The notes beneath the pieces were generated by a model. That model had not been told where the DNA came from. It did no database searches and saw only the letters and a list, made by a program, of their open reading frames with translations. The translations under genes were made by a program, and so were the position numbers. A stretch of 64,000 nt of DNA from Octopus vulgaris (Eukaryota): NCBI GenBank assembly GCA_951406725.2, contig OX597828.1:62000001-62064000 (forward strand), written 5' to 3'. The first letter of the stretch is position 1. Every line of letters begins with the position of its first letter. Positions 24,001 to 39,614 of this stretch are shown in pieces.

Positions 24001-27000
24001 GATGGGTCTGCAAAGGTATCACTGAGGGCTCAACAGCTGAGTTCAACATTTTAAATGTCTACAGTGTAAAATGTATAATTACTCTCTAGGAGCTTGATAA
24101 AAAATAATGTTTGGAACTTTACACACATCTGCCACAAGATTGACTTCAACATGGCCCCAGAATAGGATAGAAGCATTCTGAATATACAATGACTGCTTGT
24201 TTGTTTCTTTGATTTCTGAACTTTAATTCTCAATTGTATTAGCAAAGATATTATAGTACAGCATGGTTCAAAACTGTTACCGTGTTTTGTGAATATGGAA
24301 TATATGGCATTTCATCATGTACCTGCTCAGCTACAAACCTAGCACTAGTAGCATCAGTGTAAAGGGCCACATGTTAATGCAGCACATGTTTGACTAGCAT
24401 TAATTTAAAGAATTACATCTGAACATGACATATTTGGATAAACTCACTATGATACATATACTTTTATGAATTACTCTCTTCATAACAGCATTAACTACAT
24501 CAACGAAAAAAGTTCTTTATATATCTAACCATATAATCCCCTGTTAATTAAGGACTGCTGGTTAAAAATTGGAAATACATTAAAATGAAAAGGAGATGTC
24601 CCTTGAACCAATATTTTTTCCAATACAGGTTCAAGTTTTAAGATGAGAAACTTGTAAATACTGTGATGAATACATATCATGTAGATTTATATACAGCTAC
24701 CATGATGACAAAGTAAAGCCACAGTGTGTGATGTGCAGTGAAAGCATGAAATCAGCCAAACTTTGCCAACATTTAGAAATGAAACATAAAGAGAACAAAC
24801 ACATTGAATATTTTCAAAGACAGCAAGAACTACTTTTGTGTGAAAAATTGGAAAACCACACAGAGCCAGTAGAAGAACTAATTCCAGTTGTCTCTTAAAT
24901 TGCATGGAGACAAACTAGCCATGACTATGATCTCACTTGGTTTGGTAGGTCTTCTCAAGCACAGTATATTGCCAAAGGTCTCAGTCATTTGTCAAACAAT
25001 ACTAAGAAGCTGCAATGAGAAGATCTGTCTTATATATTGGTTTCAAAGTTTACAGAATTGTGTTGTAGAATCCTTGCTAACACTCTGGGGCTTTCTTGAT
25101 GAGCTCTCTGAAGAAATATTCAACTTTTCGAACTTTGTGTGTCATTTGTGTCAAGTTTCATTCAGTAAAATTGAATAGTTTTGCTTACATGTGAAAAACG
25201 AGCCCCAAGAACTGGCATCCAAAGCATTGAAATATTTCATACTATTCCCAACTACACATTTAAGTGATGAGAGCTTCTCCATGCCATTTTATATAAAATC
25301 CAAATACAGAAACAGGATGGATATGAAACACAATCTCTGCTTAAAACTGACCATCATCTGACTTTCAAAGAAGACTTCAAAAGTAACTAGTAGCGACTTT
25401 TCTTAAAAATTGACAGAATTTGGCATTGTAGTCTTATCAAGTACCTGCAGAAAAGGGTTTGTGATGCAAAAAGCATTGTGTTGATTGACTATCTTCAAAA
25501 AGGTCACACCATCAATGGAGAGTACTATATCAACTTGCTGAGGCAGTTATGAAAGGCTATCAAGATCAAACAACCAGGAAAACTGAGGAAAGGGGTCTTG
25601 TTTCATCAGGACAATGCTCCAGCACACAAGTCCTTGCTTTCAATGACTGTACATGACTGTGGCATTAAACTTCTCTGTTTTCTTGATTTGGTCCCATCTG
25701 ACTTTCATCTATTCCCTGACATGAAAAATTACTTAGCTGGGAACAGTATCATATCTGCTGTGGATGACTTTTTTGAGCAACAAGATGAAAGCTATCTACA
25801 TTCTACAAATCTCCAACAGAGCTGATCAATGGCTACATGATGACAATAACCAGACTATTAAAGATTAGTAAGTGCCAGCTGCAATCTACTAATAGCTGAC
25901 CTCTCAGTGGTTTCCAGTCTCCTAAACAATTCATTCACAGTCTAAAACATTAGTCATAACAGATTACAACCCTAACAACTCTGTCAAATCTAACATTCAT
26001 GGAAACTAAGTAACTAGTTTAATCACAGCTACTCAGCCCCATATATCAGAGGCAGTTAAACAGCTACTCTAGCCAGACATCAAAATTCTTGGAATTATAA
26101 GAAGAGATGAATAGGAATAGTTAAGTAATAAGTACACAAATGAAATAGATACTTTTAAATATTCAGAGGACGGCACAGAAATATATTTCACACTCTCTCT
26201 TTTCCAGGTGACCTAATTAGCAGTGGAGGTGGATGCTCTGAAAGCATAATAACCAGGTGGAAAAAGTTGAGGGAGCTGTTACCAATAAAGGAATTCTCTC
26301 TGCAAGTAGAGCAAAGATTGTATGATGCTTTTATAATAACTGCAATGCTGCATTATAGGCTAAGATAGGTATTAAATGTGGATAATGTGTGAAAGTTGAA
26401 AGCTGACTCCACTGAATGTGTAATGTTAGTATGACTGATGGAGCACAGAATAGGTGAGAGGACTAAAAGGAATCAGAAGTAGTGGGCAAGAAAAGAGACA
26501 AGATGGGCATGGATGTGTTATGTATGAGGAGAATAATAGTTGGGGACAAACTGCCGGCATCAGTTGTTAGTTGTCGGAGCACTACATCCTTCAGGGCTTC
26601 CATGCTTTCTGGGATTTGCCAACACTACACCTGATTTTCTCCCCTCCATATACACACAAGCATGTATCTGACTCATACATTGTTCGCTTTCCAGACATTT
26701 ATACATTACTGCATATACTTTATACGCACTTTCTGACAAGTTATGGTGCACCTGAGCACTGTATACAATAATTTCATTATTATTATTTTAATATCAAGCA
26801 ATATCAATGGAAAGAACTTGCACAAATTGAGAGAGACAGGCAGAAGTGGCAAAAATTGATCTCAAAATATTGTGAAGGAAATGGCAAGTGATTGTGACAA
26901 GTGGCAAGATGCTGTGCCTGTCCACTCATGCAGCATGGGAAAAGAGGTGTAAAATAAGTATGATGATTACACATCCCATCTTAACTAATCCATGCTGCTT

Positions 27001-28741
27001 CACTTTAACATTTGTACACCTCTACACACACCCCACCCTCTTAGCTCATTTCAAAACACAGATATACATGTACACGCACACACACATCCTCCCTTCTTAA
27101 CCCCCTACCCCAGTTTCACATTCCCACCTAGTTCCTAACCCCTCACCCACTTATTTTCTTTCTGCTATGAGAGAAAAATTTTCCCAAGTGAAACTGGCCA
27201 AACCATCTTTGGCATGCCTGGACTCTTGAAGCTTCATTTCCATAGACAGAACAAATATTTCTTGCTATTTCTATTACTGAAGACACCCTTCTGAATTCCT
27301 ACAGCATACAGTGTTTGATATAGGTCTGATTTCAAAAGGGTCAAAATCGATACAAATTCAACTGCCATTGAATACAGTGATCTGCACAGAAAGAAACTAA
27401 CATCAGAACAGAAAAAAGCATTAAACAAATGGCTCTGAATGGGATCAGGACGAAAATGCAAGAAGACTTTCTCTCTATATGTATATACTTTTATTCTTTT
27501 ACCTGTTTCAGTCATTAGACTGTGGCCATGCTGGGGCGCTGCCTTGAAGAATTTTTAGTCAAATGAATCAACTCCAGGACTTACTTTTTTAAAGCTGGGT
27601 ACTCATTCTATTGGTCTCTTTTGCCAAGCAGCTAAGTTATGGGGTCATAAACACACCAACACCAGTTCCAGGATCAGTCCTACTGTGAGGTACCTTGGGT
27701 AGATGTCTTCTACCATAACCTTGGGCCAACCAAAGCCTTGTGAGTGGATTTAGTACACAGAAACTTAAAGAACCCTGTCGTGTGTGTCTGTCTGTCGGCC
27801 TTTGTCCCCCAACACTATTTGACAACCATTGCTGGTGTGTTTATGTTCCTGTAAATTAGCAGTTTGACAAAAAAAAAACAAAAGACATAAGTACCAAGTT
27901 TACAAAAGTAAGTCCTGGGGTTGATTCATTCAACTAAACATTCTTCAAAGTGGTGCCCCAGCTTGGCCACAGTCTAATGTCTGAAACAAGCAAAATATAA
28001 AAGATACACACACACACACACACACACCATACATACACTGGCTGCATGTGGGAACTACAATATGCTGAGGATCTCACTCCTATAGCTGAATCTGTAACAG
28101 AACTGGGATAGAAATTCCAGATATGGAAGCAAGAAGGCAGATAAGACTCTCTTTCCACCAGGGAAATAGCCTTGCTCAATATGTAAGAATGGTGTTGTAT
28201 GTAGGAAAGACATAGACACAAACATTATAATACATAAATCTATATACATACACACAACACACATACACATACTTAAGACAGGATGAGAAAGAAAAAACAA
28301 ATAAATAAATAAATAAAAAACAGCTAAATAAAAGACACAGGCATAGTGGAGTAAGCAAATCCATATATATATATAAATTAGAAAAAAACCACCTTTTATC
28401 AATTCAAAATGAATAATTAAATTACACCATCTAGAAAATTACATATAATAGAAATATAAAAAATAAAATAACAATAAAATACCGATGATTAAGTAAATTG
28501 CAAAATAATAATAAAAACATATATATTTGGTAATATATATGTAATAATTTACTTAATCATCGGTATATTATTGCTATTTTATTTTTTATATTTCTATTAT
28601 ATGTAATTTTCTAGATGGTGTAATTTAATTGTTCATTTTGGATTGATAAAAGGTGGGTTTTTTCTAATTTTTATATATATATTATATTTTGTGAAATTGA
28701 ATTTTTCCTTATAAGTTAGGAATAATATTCCCTCAAATTAT

Positions 28742-28784
<43 letters not shown>

Positions 28785-31700
28785 CATGCTGATACAAATG
28801 AGGATGCACACCACAGAAAGACAGAATAGACTAAATAGAACAGGAGGAAACACACTGGATAGAGAATTGCTGAAGAGGTCACAGGAGGTGTGATGAAAGA
28901 TTTCAGACAAAGGACACTAAAACAATAATAATAATAAAGCTGAAGTGAAGAACGAGTATGTACTGCTTGTGTAGGCAAGACAAGAAAAATGACCATCCCC
29001 AAAGATAACAATATGTGTATCCCCATTTAAGTTTCTCTCCCTCACTACCTCAAATGTCATAACTCTTGCAATTACCAGCATCTCTTCAGCCTCTTGAATC
29101 ATGGAAGATGACTTTGTACATTACTCAATCTTTCCCAATTTCTAAATTGCAACCAATATTTCCAGTTCCATACCACCAAAAAGAATTTCCAACAATTTTG
29201 CAGCATCCCCTTTAATTCCATATCAAAGCCAGAACAGTTCTGTGAGCAGGAACCTCTGGAGAGAAAGATTTCCTTTTTGCACCCAACTCCACACTACACA
29301 CACTTGGCAAATCTCCAATCGCATCCCCTTCGGTCATTTTGCATGAACACACGCACAAAAGTAGCTTCAGTTAATTCAAACCAACAAAGGCACTGCTCCC
29401 GTTGCTGTTCCTTTCCATTACCCTCAAACATTGCTAGTTCCTATACTCCCCAAACTTTTCATTTTCTCCCTTTCTACAGAGCTATATCCAGATCTTTGGG
29501 AACATGCTAAGTTATCCCATTCCAAGAAAGACAATTCCTCTGACCTTCCAATTATCATTTCATTGCAGTCACATTCCAAGCCTCAAAAAATAATGGAGAC
29601 TGCCTTTAATACTGAAGTTCTCCAGTTTTTTGGATATCTGGCTTTTCTCAATAAGCACAAATATGACTTCTGTAGAGCCTGAAGATACTTCAACTCCCAA
29701 CAATTATAAATTCTCTACACAGCTCAAGTGTGTATTACTTTTATACACAGGTGCTGCTGCTGCTGCTGCACACATCTGTCATAAATTCATTCGCAGAGAC
29801 ATGTAGTGTGCCTGCTCCATGGGCACACTGTCTCTTCTCTCTACTGTAATGACCTCAGTACCTTGGAGTTGGCTGGACGCATACTACCTCACCTCAAGCA
29901 ATCCTGTTCTACTTGTCTCTCCTCTTCACCTTTGTTGCATGGAACCTCATTTCTAGGCTCTGCACTTACCATTATACCCAGTCTCTTCTTCCTAAAATGT
30001 TGTTTCATTGGTATTCCCTCCCTATATATTTCCCACAGCTGTTAATTTACAAAAGTTTAAGAGAAACATTAATAACACCAATCTTGCCAGTCTAGGAGAA
30101 CCTACGAAGGCTATAGGCACTGCTCCTTCCTCCAGAGCCAACAAAAACACACATACACACAGACACAAAGAGATACAAATATGTTACAGTAAATCATCCC
30201 CTTTTTCATGAGGCTCAGCCTCCATCGCCTTTACCCATCAATGTTTCTTCTCAACTGACAATTCTTTACTCGAGAACGTTGTTTAGTTAATAACTACCAA
30301 TAATTTACTGACCCTAAATGAACAGCTGAAAAACCAAAAGTTGAGAAGTTTTGTTAGCCTCCTCCACCAACAGACAGAATAGAGATGGTTCTTACTCTGA
30401 GATCATCTTTGACAATTCGGCTTGCAGCAGACACATTCTCTTTTAGGTTTCTTGTTAACATGAGCATTTCCTCAGCCAGTTTGCCTTGCATCTGATTGCA
30501 ATGTTGTAAAATGGTATCTAAGTCAGTGTCATTTTCAGAAGACTTTCTTTGACGTAAATCACCAGTAGCTGAAGTGTCTACAAGAAAAAAAAATTGTTCA
30601 TATGTAGTCACAAACATAAAGAAAAGTGTATAGAATATGGCAGAATAGGTCATGAAAAAATGCATCCAGTATAGCTAGTAATGTAGTGAGTGAATGAGCA
30701 GGTTCAATGCTGGGTCAAGATGAACCTTTAATCTTTTCAAGGATATGACAACCTCTCTAGCACTGGTGTCATGATAAAATGCACCCAGTACACTCAGTGA
30801 AGTGGTTGATGTCTGGAAGGGCTCCAACAGTAGAAACCATGTCAAAAACAGAATGTACAAGGAAGATGTAGTCCTCCATCTCATTTCGGCGGTCAGTAAC
30901 TCCAAATAAGAATTGACCAAAGTTATGATGACCCGTCCAGCCCATACCAGATTCGAAAGTAGACATAAAATGATGATGATCATCATGATGACAATTATCT
31001 TCTCTCATAAAGTGATTGTTTATAAAGATTTATATCTCCCCTTCTGATTAGATACATTATCAGATACCAACTCATAGATCCTGAATCCAATTTCACAGTA
31101 TGTGTTAAGTATTGGTGTTTCACTCACAACCCTACATTCATAATGTTTACTTTGCTGTCAAGGGAAGGCATCAGATCATCTAATAGTATTAATCCCAATA
31201 AACCATAATTCTTGACAAAGGAAAGTTTACCCTCCGTTGGCTTAAACATTACACAACTGGACATATTTAGAAGTATTCTCTCTTTTAACATAGCCACCAG
31301 CCCAATAGGAACCCTATTATTGTTTTATAGAAGTTAGGATTAATAAAACATTTATAGAAGCTACAAATCAATCATAACAGCTGCTTATTATTTTACAATA
31401 AAAATGGTGAATGAAGATAGTTTCTTGTTGAATAATACTGGCCAACTCAGCTCCAATATACCAATAATTTGGTGAGTGATGAGAATATCTGAAGCAAAAG
31501 GATGATACAGATGGCTTCAGTTCTGAATGGAAAGGAGTGGACACTATGTGTAAGATCTGGGAAGGAGGTAATGATTGGGCAAGGAGAAAGAAGGACAAGG
31601 ATGTTTAAGTGAGAAGGAGATTGCATATACTCAGAGTGTTCTTAGAAATAGATAAAGTTAAAAGAAGAAGGTTTATAAAGAAAGATCTAGTAGAAGAGTT

Positions 31701-34700
31701 CTGATAACTGAGCAAAAGCAGAAGAGTGTGAGTAATTGTGCAGCTGTGGAAGAATGTTGGAGATTGAGTACCTATAAAGGAGTTGTTGGTGACTGAAGAA
31801 TGAGGGCTTTAGAAAAAATGGGAAGGAGTAATGGAGATAGAATATTTTATTATTGTTGTTATTATTATCAACCTGCTTGTTATATTTCTATTTGAATACT
31901 CAACCTTCTTACTATTAATTTGAAAATAACAAGAAACTTAGTAAGATAACTTTGTCATTATTAAGGACATAACATAAAATTTCGTGGAAGGCTATAATTC
32001 AGTAAGTTTGTATGATGGACACAGAGGTAAGAGGAGGAGGTGCAAAGTCTTGGACTTTTGTAGGCTTTCTTAAATTGATGTTGCTTGCAACCACATGCAG
32101 ACATCTTTTACGCATGTTGTCTAGACTGTGTGCATGTGTTTGTGGTGTTTTTGTAGCACCCACAAACATTTGTTGGATGTATCACTAAACAATATTGCCT
32201 GAATTAAATAAACAAACAAGATACAAATTACATGCAATCAACTTAAGAAATCCACTTACATATTGACAAAGAATATAAGCTGCCTTGAAAAAGCTCAGTG
32301 GTCAGCTTAAATTTTTCTGTAAGCAATATGTGAACAGTACTCTAGTAGAATTTATATATCTCTTGTTTTAACAGTCACCAACTGTTTTACGTAATTGTGA
32401 CTGTGAAAAGGTCTTTGTACCGATAGTCACTCAATGTTGCCAATTCTGGCCATGACAAGCAAACTTACAGTGCACTATCAGTCGTGTGAAATACATGTGT
32501 TTTCAAACACTGTAAGACCATCAAACAGTGAATTCTAAAATTTTCAGAGGGGGGCAATACAATTTTAGCTGGGAATTGTGAGGTTATGACATTCTGGCAA
32601 TGTTTTCATTAAATATGTTTTAGAACTGTTGAATGAGACCAGTCTGCCTTTTGATGGCTGTTTTTCGTGCCTCTATTCATTTAAGTAACAAATATATTTT
32701 ACACCTATCAATATGATTATTTTCACCTTCTTTTCTCGCTAACCATTCAACCAAACATTGTTTTATTTGATATATGATAAACCAATCTGGCTCATGGATC
32801 TAAGGGACAAAACTCTGTATATAGAATAACATCCTATCAAAGTAAATTCTTACACTGTTTTTTTTTTCTTTTTTCATATTCCAAGAACAAACATATTTAT
32901 CATGTTCATGTACACTCAGACGTACGTAAGAAGACCTTTCACTGCAGAAAAACTGTTGGACGAAAGACTGAAATGGTGAAGTAGACAGAACTATAAATGT
33001 AAAGAGACAGTCTTGGATGCACTGGAAGAATGGGGGTAGCAGAGAATTAAAGCAGGTAGCTGCTAGAAGAGAAACTAGTCAACACATATACTTAGCAAAG
33101 GAAGAAGCAGAAAGGAAAAGGTTTGCCAACGTTTCACAGCATGAGGACCAAAAGCATGAAGTATTCTGGATTGGGAAACTGTGTTTCAGAGAAAATCAAG
33201 ATGTTTGTGCAGATGGATATACTTGCACTTTGTGATTCTGAAAAGAAAAAAAGGCATGGAAGTATGACTATAAAAGGCTGCTTAAACATGGAGAATGCAG
33301 ATGGAGAAAGAGAACTTTCCAAGAGTGAAGCCGAAAAGAGAGAAGAACCACTTTAATTGATAGCAGTATGAAATTAAGGATATGAAGACTGAAAATGCCT
33401 CTGGTAAATCAGGAATTCCTGCTGAGATGGCCATGAGTGGGAGACAGCCTTGTCACCTACATAGCTAAGTTGTACAGACTCTATGACTCCAGCATTATAG
33501 TTAACTACTACAAGGATTAAAGAGATACCTAAGAGGAGTAATTAGAGGTATTAAATTGCTGGGTCATACCTTGAAAGTGACAGAAAGATAGCTCAACTAA
33601 TTAGGAAGAACATCATAATAGATGAGATGCAGTTCAGCTTTGAGCCAGGAAGTACTACTGGTGCTCTCTTACTATTTAACCAAAAGTAAACCCCTTTTAT
33701 CAACCTGGAAAAAGCCCTCAAGAGGGGTCCTTGTTCCCTGATCTGTTGGTCACTGCAGAAGATAGTAGATAAATGGCTGGTGATGGCAGAGTCCAAGGAA
33801 TTTACAGGGATGCTGTCAATAAGGTGAGTATTTACAGTGAGGAATTTAGTGTGCAGGTAGGAGTTCACCAGGGCTTGGCTCTCAGTCTGCTCCAGTTTAT
33901 AATTGTCCTCCAAGTCATAATAATATGACTGATTAGCTGACTTTGTTCTTACAACTGAATCTGTAAGAGATTCTAGGTGTGGAAACGAAACCTGGAAGCA
34001 AAGGGCCTGAAAAGTCCTTTTCTCAGCAGGAAAAGACAGCACACTAATTATAATGGATATTACGTAGATAGATTGATATGGAGAGAGGAGGAGGGAGAGG
34101 AAAAAGGAGGAAGATGGTTTAAATGGGAAGGAGGGACAGAGGTACATAGGTCTTCTTGTGCAGAAGTGAGGCAGAGCGCTGTGGGAGTTTTCGGTATAAG
34201 GGAGGAGATTACCGGTAGAAGAGATTACCAGTATAAGAGAAGGAATTTCCAGTACAAGAGAAGGGATTTCTAGCATTGGTGGTAGGGGCAGGAATGCGTG
34301 GGCGCATCGCAAAAACAATAAATGGAAGAAATGGCTAGCTTCGCCACAAGAAAATCGAAATAGCAGCAAAGGGCAATAGTGAAGCAAAGAACGATAGAAA
34401 CACATGAGAATTATATCAAATATTTAAAGTGATATGATTCTAGAAGTTATTTGAGGAAGTAACGAATTACAAGTTACAAAGTTATTTATCTCAAGAACAT
34501 TAGCATGTTCGTAATACATATTAAATGAATGAAAAGATTGATGAACGATTAAAAACTAGAGATGTTTCTTAGCTTAGCGGCTGGACATTTCGCCTCGTAA
34601 TATGAAGGTATCGAATAGCAGAGCAAGATGAGAAGGTTTGAGAGAAACCATGTGCGAAGGGGGTTCTTTATATAACCTACAGCTGGAAGTGATCAAATAA

Positions 34701-37700
34701 GTGGTTGGCTTTACCACAAGAAAATCGAAATAGCAGCAAAGGACAATAGTGAAGCAAAGAATGATAGAAACACATGAGAATTATGCCAAGTATTTAAAGG
34801 GGTGTGATTCTAGAAGTTATTAGAGGCAAATGGATTTTCTTGAATGCCCTTAGAGGATCCTTAGAGGTAGCAGACAAGTTTCTGCTACCTAGGTGACTTA
34901 ACTAGCAGTGGAAGATGATGTTCTGAATATATAGTTGCTAGAATACAAAGAGGCTGGAGAAAGTCCAAAGAGCTAGTACCTCCACTTGTAACAAAAAGTC
35001 TCTCTCCAAGAGAAAGCAGATTGTATGATGTTTGGGTATGAACAGCAATGCTACATGGTAATGATGCATGGGCTGTGAATGCAGAGGACATAGGATATTC
35101 AGAAAGAAATAAAGCTAACATGCTCTGTTGGATGTGCTATGTCAGTGCATTGAGAGGAAAACTGGGCATAAGAGGCATCAGATGTAGTTAGCAAACATGA
35201 GAAACAGCAGTGCTGGTATAGTCAGTTGATGTGCATAGATAAGGACAGTTGCATAAAGAAGTGCAGCTTGCTAAGGCTGATGGAATTTATAGAAGAGAGA
35301 AACCTAGGAAGATATGGGACAGAGTAGTGAAGACAGACTTCAGGTTGTTGAGCTTCACAGAGAAGATGAAGAAGGATTGAGATGATTAGTGATTTGTGGT
35401 ATTGAGAAGTCCTGTCCATCTCAGCAAAAATAAGGTCCTAAAAGAATATTAATGCTTTTGCCCTTGCACTCAGTTTGTACTTGTTAAGCCTTATCCATGG
35501 AATTCATTTTTGTAATACCAATCCCTCTCTCATCCCTCTAACTATGGCACTATTTCCCCAGTTGTTGTGGCTGTATAAAAGCAGAGTTTCACATATTCCA
35601 CCCCCACTCTCCGTGCTACCAGTAATCCCTCTTCTTGGAATCCCTTGCTAATTCATCATGCAACATCACCATCTCTTGCCAATGTATCTGTATTTACACT
35701 GAACACACCCTAATGGCTACCAGCAATGCACCATCTTTTTTGTAACTCATATCTACCACTGTCTGCTTCTGACCCATGTGTCACTGTGCATTTTCCCTTA
35801 CACTCCACACACTTTACCTCATCTCCCTATGTCTCACCATTCAAGAGTTTTATCATACTGTTCTACTCCACCACTCCCTTTTTATGCATTATCACCTATC
35901 ACCTTGTCCTCATCAATCCACTTCTGTTTTCCTTACATTCTTCCAAACTGAGATTCACTATTGTCCCTGCTTCCATCCATGTTCATCGTTCACTTCTATC
36001 TTCATCTCTACTGCCTGTCACTCTCCGTTCACAATTTCACATACCTACATACACACCCAGCAATTTGCAATTCTCTCTCCTTAGTCTCCCTTTATCCATC
36101 ATCTTGTACCTTGAGGGTGTGCCCTGACATGTCATTCCCACCTTCCTTTCACCCTATGCTGCTGAGGTATCCATGTACCTCCTCCACAGCAAGACACTTG
36201 TTCCTTTCAGGTTTAAGTTTCTCAACAGCCACAAAATCACCTCTCTCAGTTCTGCACTCACTCTCCATGAAGGGGTCTTGTTTTTCAATTTACTTGGTGA
36301 CTTCACTCATGATAGTGCCACAGGAAAAGCAATTAATACACCTTATTGGTGGGTATTAGAAAGGGCATCCAGCCATAGAATCCTCACCCAGGAAGACACA
36401 GGAGCCCAACACAGATCTTGTAGATCTGCCCAATCTATACTAGCACAGAATAAAAATCTGAAATGATGATCCCAATATTGATGAAGATGAGACAATATGG
36501 GTGAAAATACACCATTGAGCTATGCATAATGTCATCAAATCACAGGATACATCTGTTTCTGCACTGTTATGCTTCACTAGCTAAGAATACTGAATCAGTC
36601 TTTTGCAGCACTATAAGAATGGTTGTTCTTATATAATAAGAACAATAAAAAGTACATCTGTTGTGTGTGCAAAGCTTGGTCAAGCTGGAATTAGCTACCA
36701 AAAGGTGCACAAAGCAGCATTGAATAAAAGATACGTGTGTTCAATCAAATTTAACATGTTTTTTAAGACCTTTTGCAGCAGAAATAATCTCAGAAGAAAA
36801 TTCTCTACATAGAAAATAGGAGTGAAAGTACATCAGTGGGCTTCTAGTAATACTGAAACAATCCAAGATTTAAAAAGGACAAAAAAAAATGAGATTGTTT
36901 AATACTTAAGCATTTCTCAAAGACATTTATGGTACATCTAATGATGTCAAATGTCAACAACTGCTTTTTGATGGTTTATCTCATCAAAAGCAAGTTTGAA
37001 TATTCTTTTTTTTTTTCACCTGACTTATTTCATTTTTCAATTGAATTTACCATTTAATTAAGCTTATTCCTGATTATATTTTAATTGATGATTTTGAAGT
37101 GCAGCTATACTTCAATCACATCAACCCATTGTACTTATTTCAATGCAGAGAGTATTTTATCAATCTCTATTAACTGACTTGCTAAGTTATGTATTTGACA
37201 TAAAGGAATGACACTCAACACATTGGTAAACATAATCACAGACACAGACCTAACATATACATGAACAAAAGGTTTTTCAGACAGTTTCCATCATTCAAAG
37301 TCATTGGATTACTTGAGGCTACAACAGAAGATACTCAAGCAGTGGGTTCAAACCCAGATATATGTCGTTAGAAAGTGAACATCTTAAGGACATAGATACA
37401 TGAACACCTTACAGAAAATAAAAATAATAATGTAAATTTATTAGAATAGTTTTAAATTGTTATAATATTATTTTTAGATGACACAAATGACAGGAAACTG
37501 AGCCAGCTTTCTTAGTGAGCTTAAATCAACACCATGCAAGCTGAGATGACAGAACCAATCATAAAATTTTGAGATTAAAAAACTACTTGAAAAGATAACC
37601 TGGTTTGTATGAAGGTTTTAAAACTACTTGAAACTTACCAGAGTTACCAAAAAGATCTGCTCTCATCTCTTTCTCATACCTGCCTTTTGTTAAATTGCAA

Positions 37701-39564
37701 AGCTTTTTACTTGCTGACGGATTGATGTCTTTAGAAGACGAGACTGGAGCAAGTTTTTCAGCAGCCAACATCTTCTCTGATGAATCAGGCTGAAGTGAAA
37801 ATGTAATTTTAAAAAAATAAGAAAAGATTACAAGAGTCTAAAAACAAAAATACAAAACTGTACAAAAACAGGAGTAGAAAAGTGCAGTAAGTTGTAAAGG
37901 TTTACAAGCAGAAACTACATACCAGTCTGTCAGCTTCCAGCAAGCCTTTCAAAAACTGGATTTTCCGTGCATAGCCATTTATATCTTCTTTGGATGGACA
38001 ACTGTTGAAAAAACATCAGGAAAGGAAGTAATAATTCATTAGAGGACAGAAACCGTTTAGTGAAATTCAGTGCTAGAGAAGAATTTTCTAATAAATATAT
38101 TTCCTAATAATGTATTTCAATTGTAAAACTACTTTTTTTTGTTGTTTTTTTTTCTTCTTTTCTTGAAGGCTTTAGTTAGAGGGGAAAAGAGACTTAATTC
38201 AAATACCTGCAACAAACACTGCTAAAGGGCTAGGTGGTGGTGTTAAGACAAACAAGTCAACTGCTCGAAAACAGGGGTTCTAATACTCTCCTTGATACAC
38301 AAGATATTTCTCGCATATTAAACAACCTCGTACAGATTTCTACGTTGCTTTTCAACGGGTTTTAAATGTAGATTAACCACAGTGGCAAAGTTATCACAAT
38401 ATAGCAGACTGCAAGCACTAAGATTTGAGACGACTCAAGACTATGTCTGATGCAGGATAAAGAGATCGTATCCAAAACTATGTGATTGCGAAGCGAACTT
38501 CTTAACCATGCGGCCATACCTGAGAGATGCAAGATATGATACAAAGAGAAAGAGCACCAGGTGGTACGCATTTTCCGCTGATTTGAAGTTTTAATTGAAT
38601 AACTGGCTTTAAAAAAAAGTTTTATTACATTCGTAAAAGATGTCGATGCAGTGACAAGAAGTGTGAAGAAAGCTACATTACCTTGGCGATTTCTTTAATT
38701 CTTCTAACTGACTCAGTAGTGCACAAATATACTGGAAAAAGGAAGAAATTACTCGAGATAATTTTCACGGGGAGTAACAAAAACAAGAGTTACCTCCCTT
38801 ATATTAATAAACATCACGCTAAATATAAAATGGAAATTAATGGATTAATTAATTAGCAAGTTTAATATATTTTTTTTATATTAAGTGAGTTAACAATACC
38901 GATTCTCTTCAGCTCTTCCTTGAGGTTAAATCTGGTATAGTTTGCACAAGAGTATAACATCTTTTAAGGAATCAAAACCAAGAAGGATAATTATTTACAT
39001 CACAAAACTGGGATAGATTACGATTGTAGTTGATAACATTAAAAAAGAAAAATTAGGGAATTTCAGAGCACAATGCCCCCCCCCGCCTTACCACCACTTT
39101 CCGAAACTCTGCAAAAAAGCATTAAAAAACATGCAATTTAGATAAATAGCGAGGAGACAGAGTTCCAGGTTCAGTTCCACTGCACGACACCTTGGGCAAG
39201 TGTCTTGTACTATAGCCCCTTGGCTGACCAAAGCCTCGTGAATGGATTTGGTAGACGGAAACTGAAAGAAGCTTGCCGTGGAGTCATACGTTACTTGTAC
39301 ATAAGAATAAAGCCACGGCTGGAATGGCTTTGATCTCGAGTATGTTTAATTATGGTTAACCTAGGATTAAACAACTCGCTGCTATTCAGACACGTTAAAT
39401 AAGGAAGAGGAATTTTAAAATAATTCAAATGGCTAAATCGATAAATTATAATGAGATGAACAAAGTACTCGTCGAACCATTTTACGCAGGTGCTCTGAGT
39501 AGACTCAAAGGAAGATTCCACATAAGAACTCATTAATTTAGAAACAAACTTCCGAACGATTCAG

Positions 39565-39614
<50 letters not shown>

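Noticed and set aside
30354-30665. 103-aa ORF as a stand-alone gene
   Set aside because: It is USE1 exon 5 plus intronic read-through.
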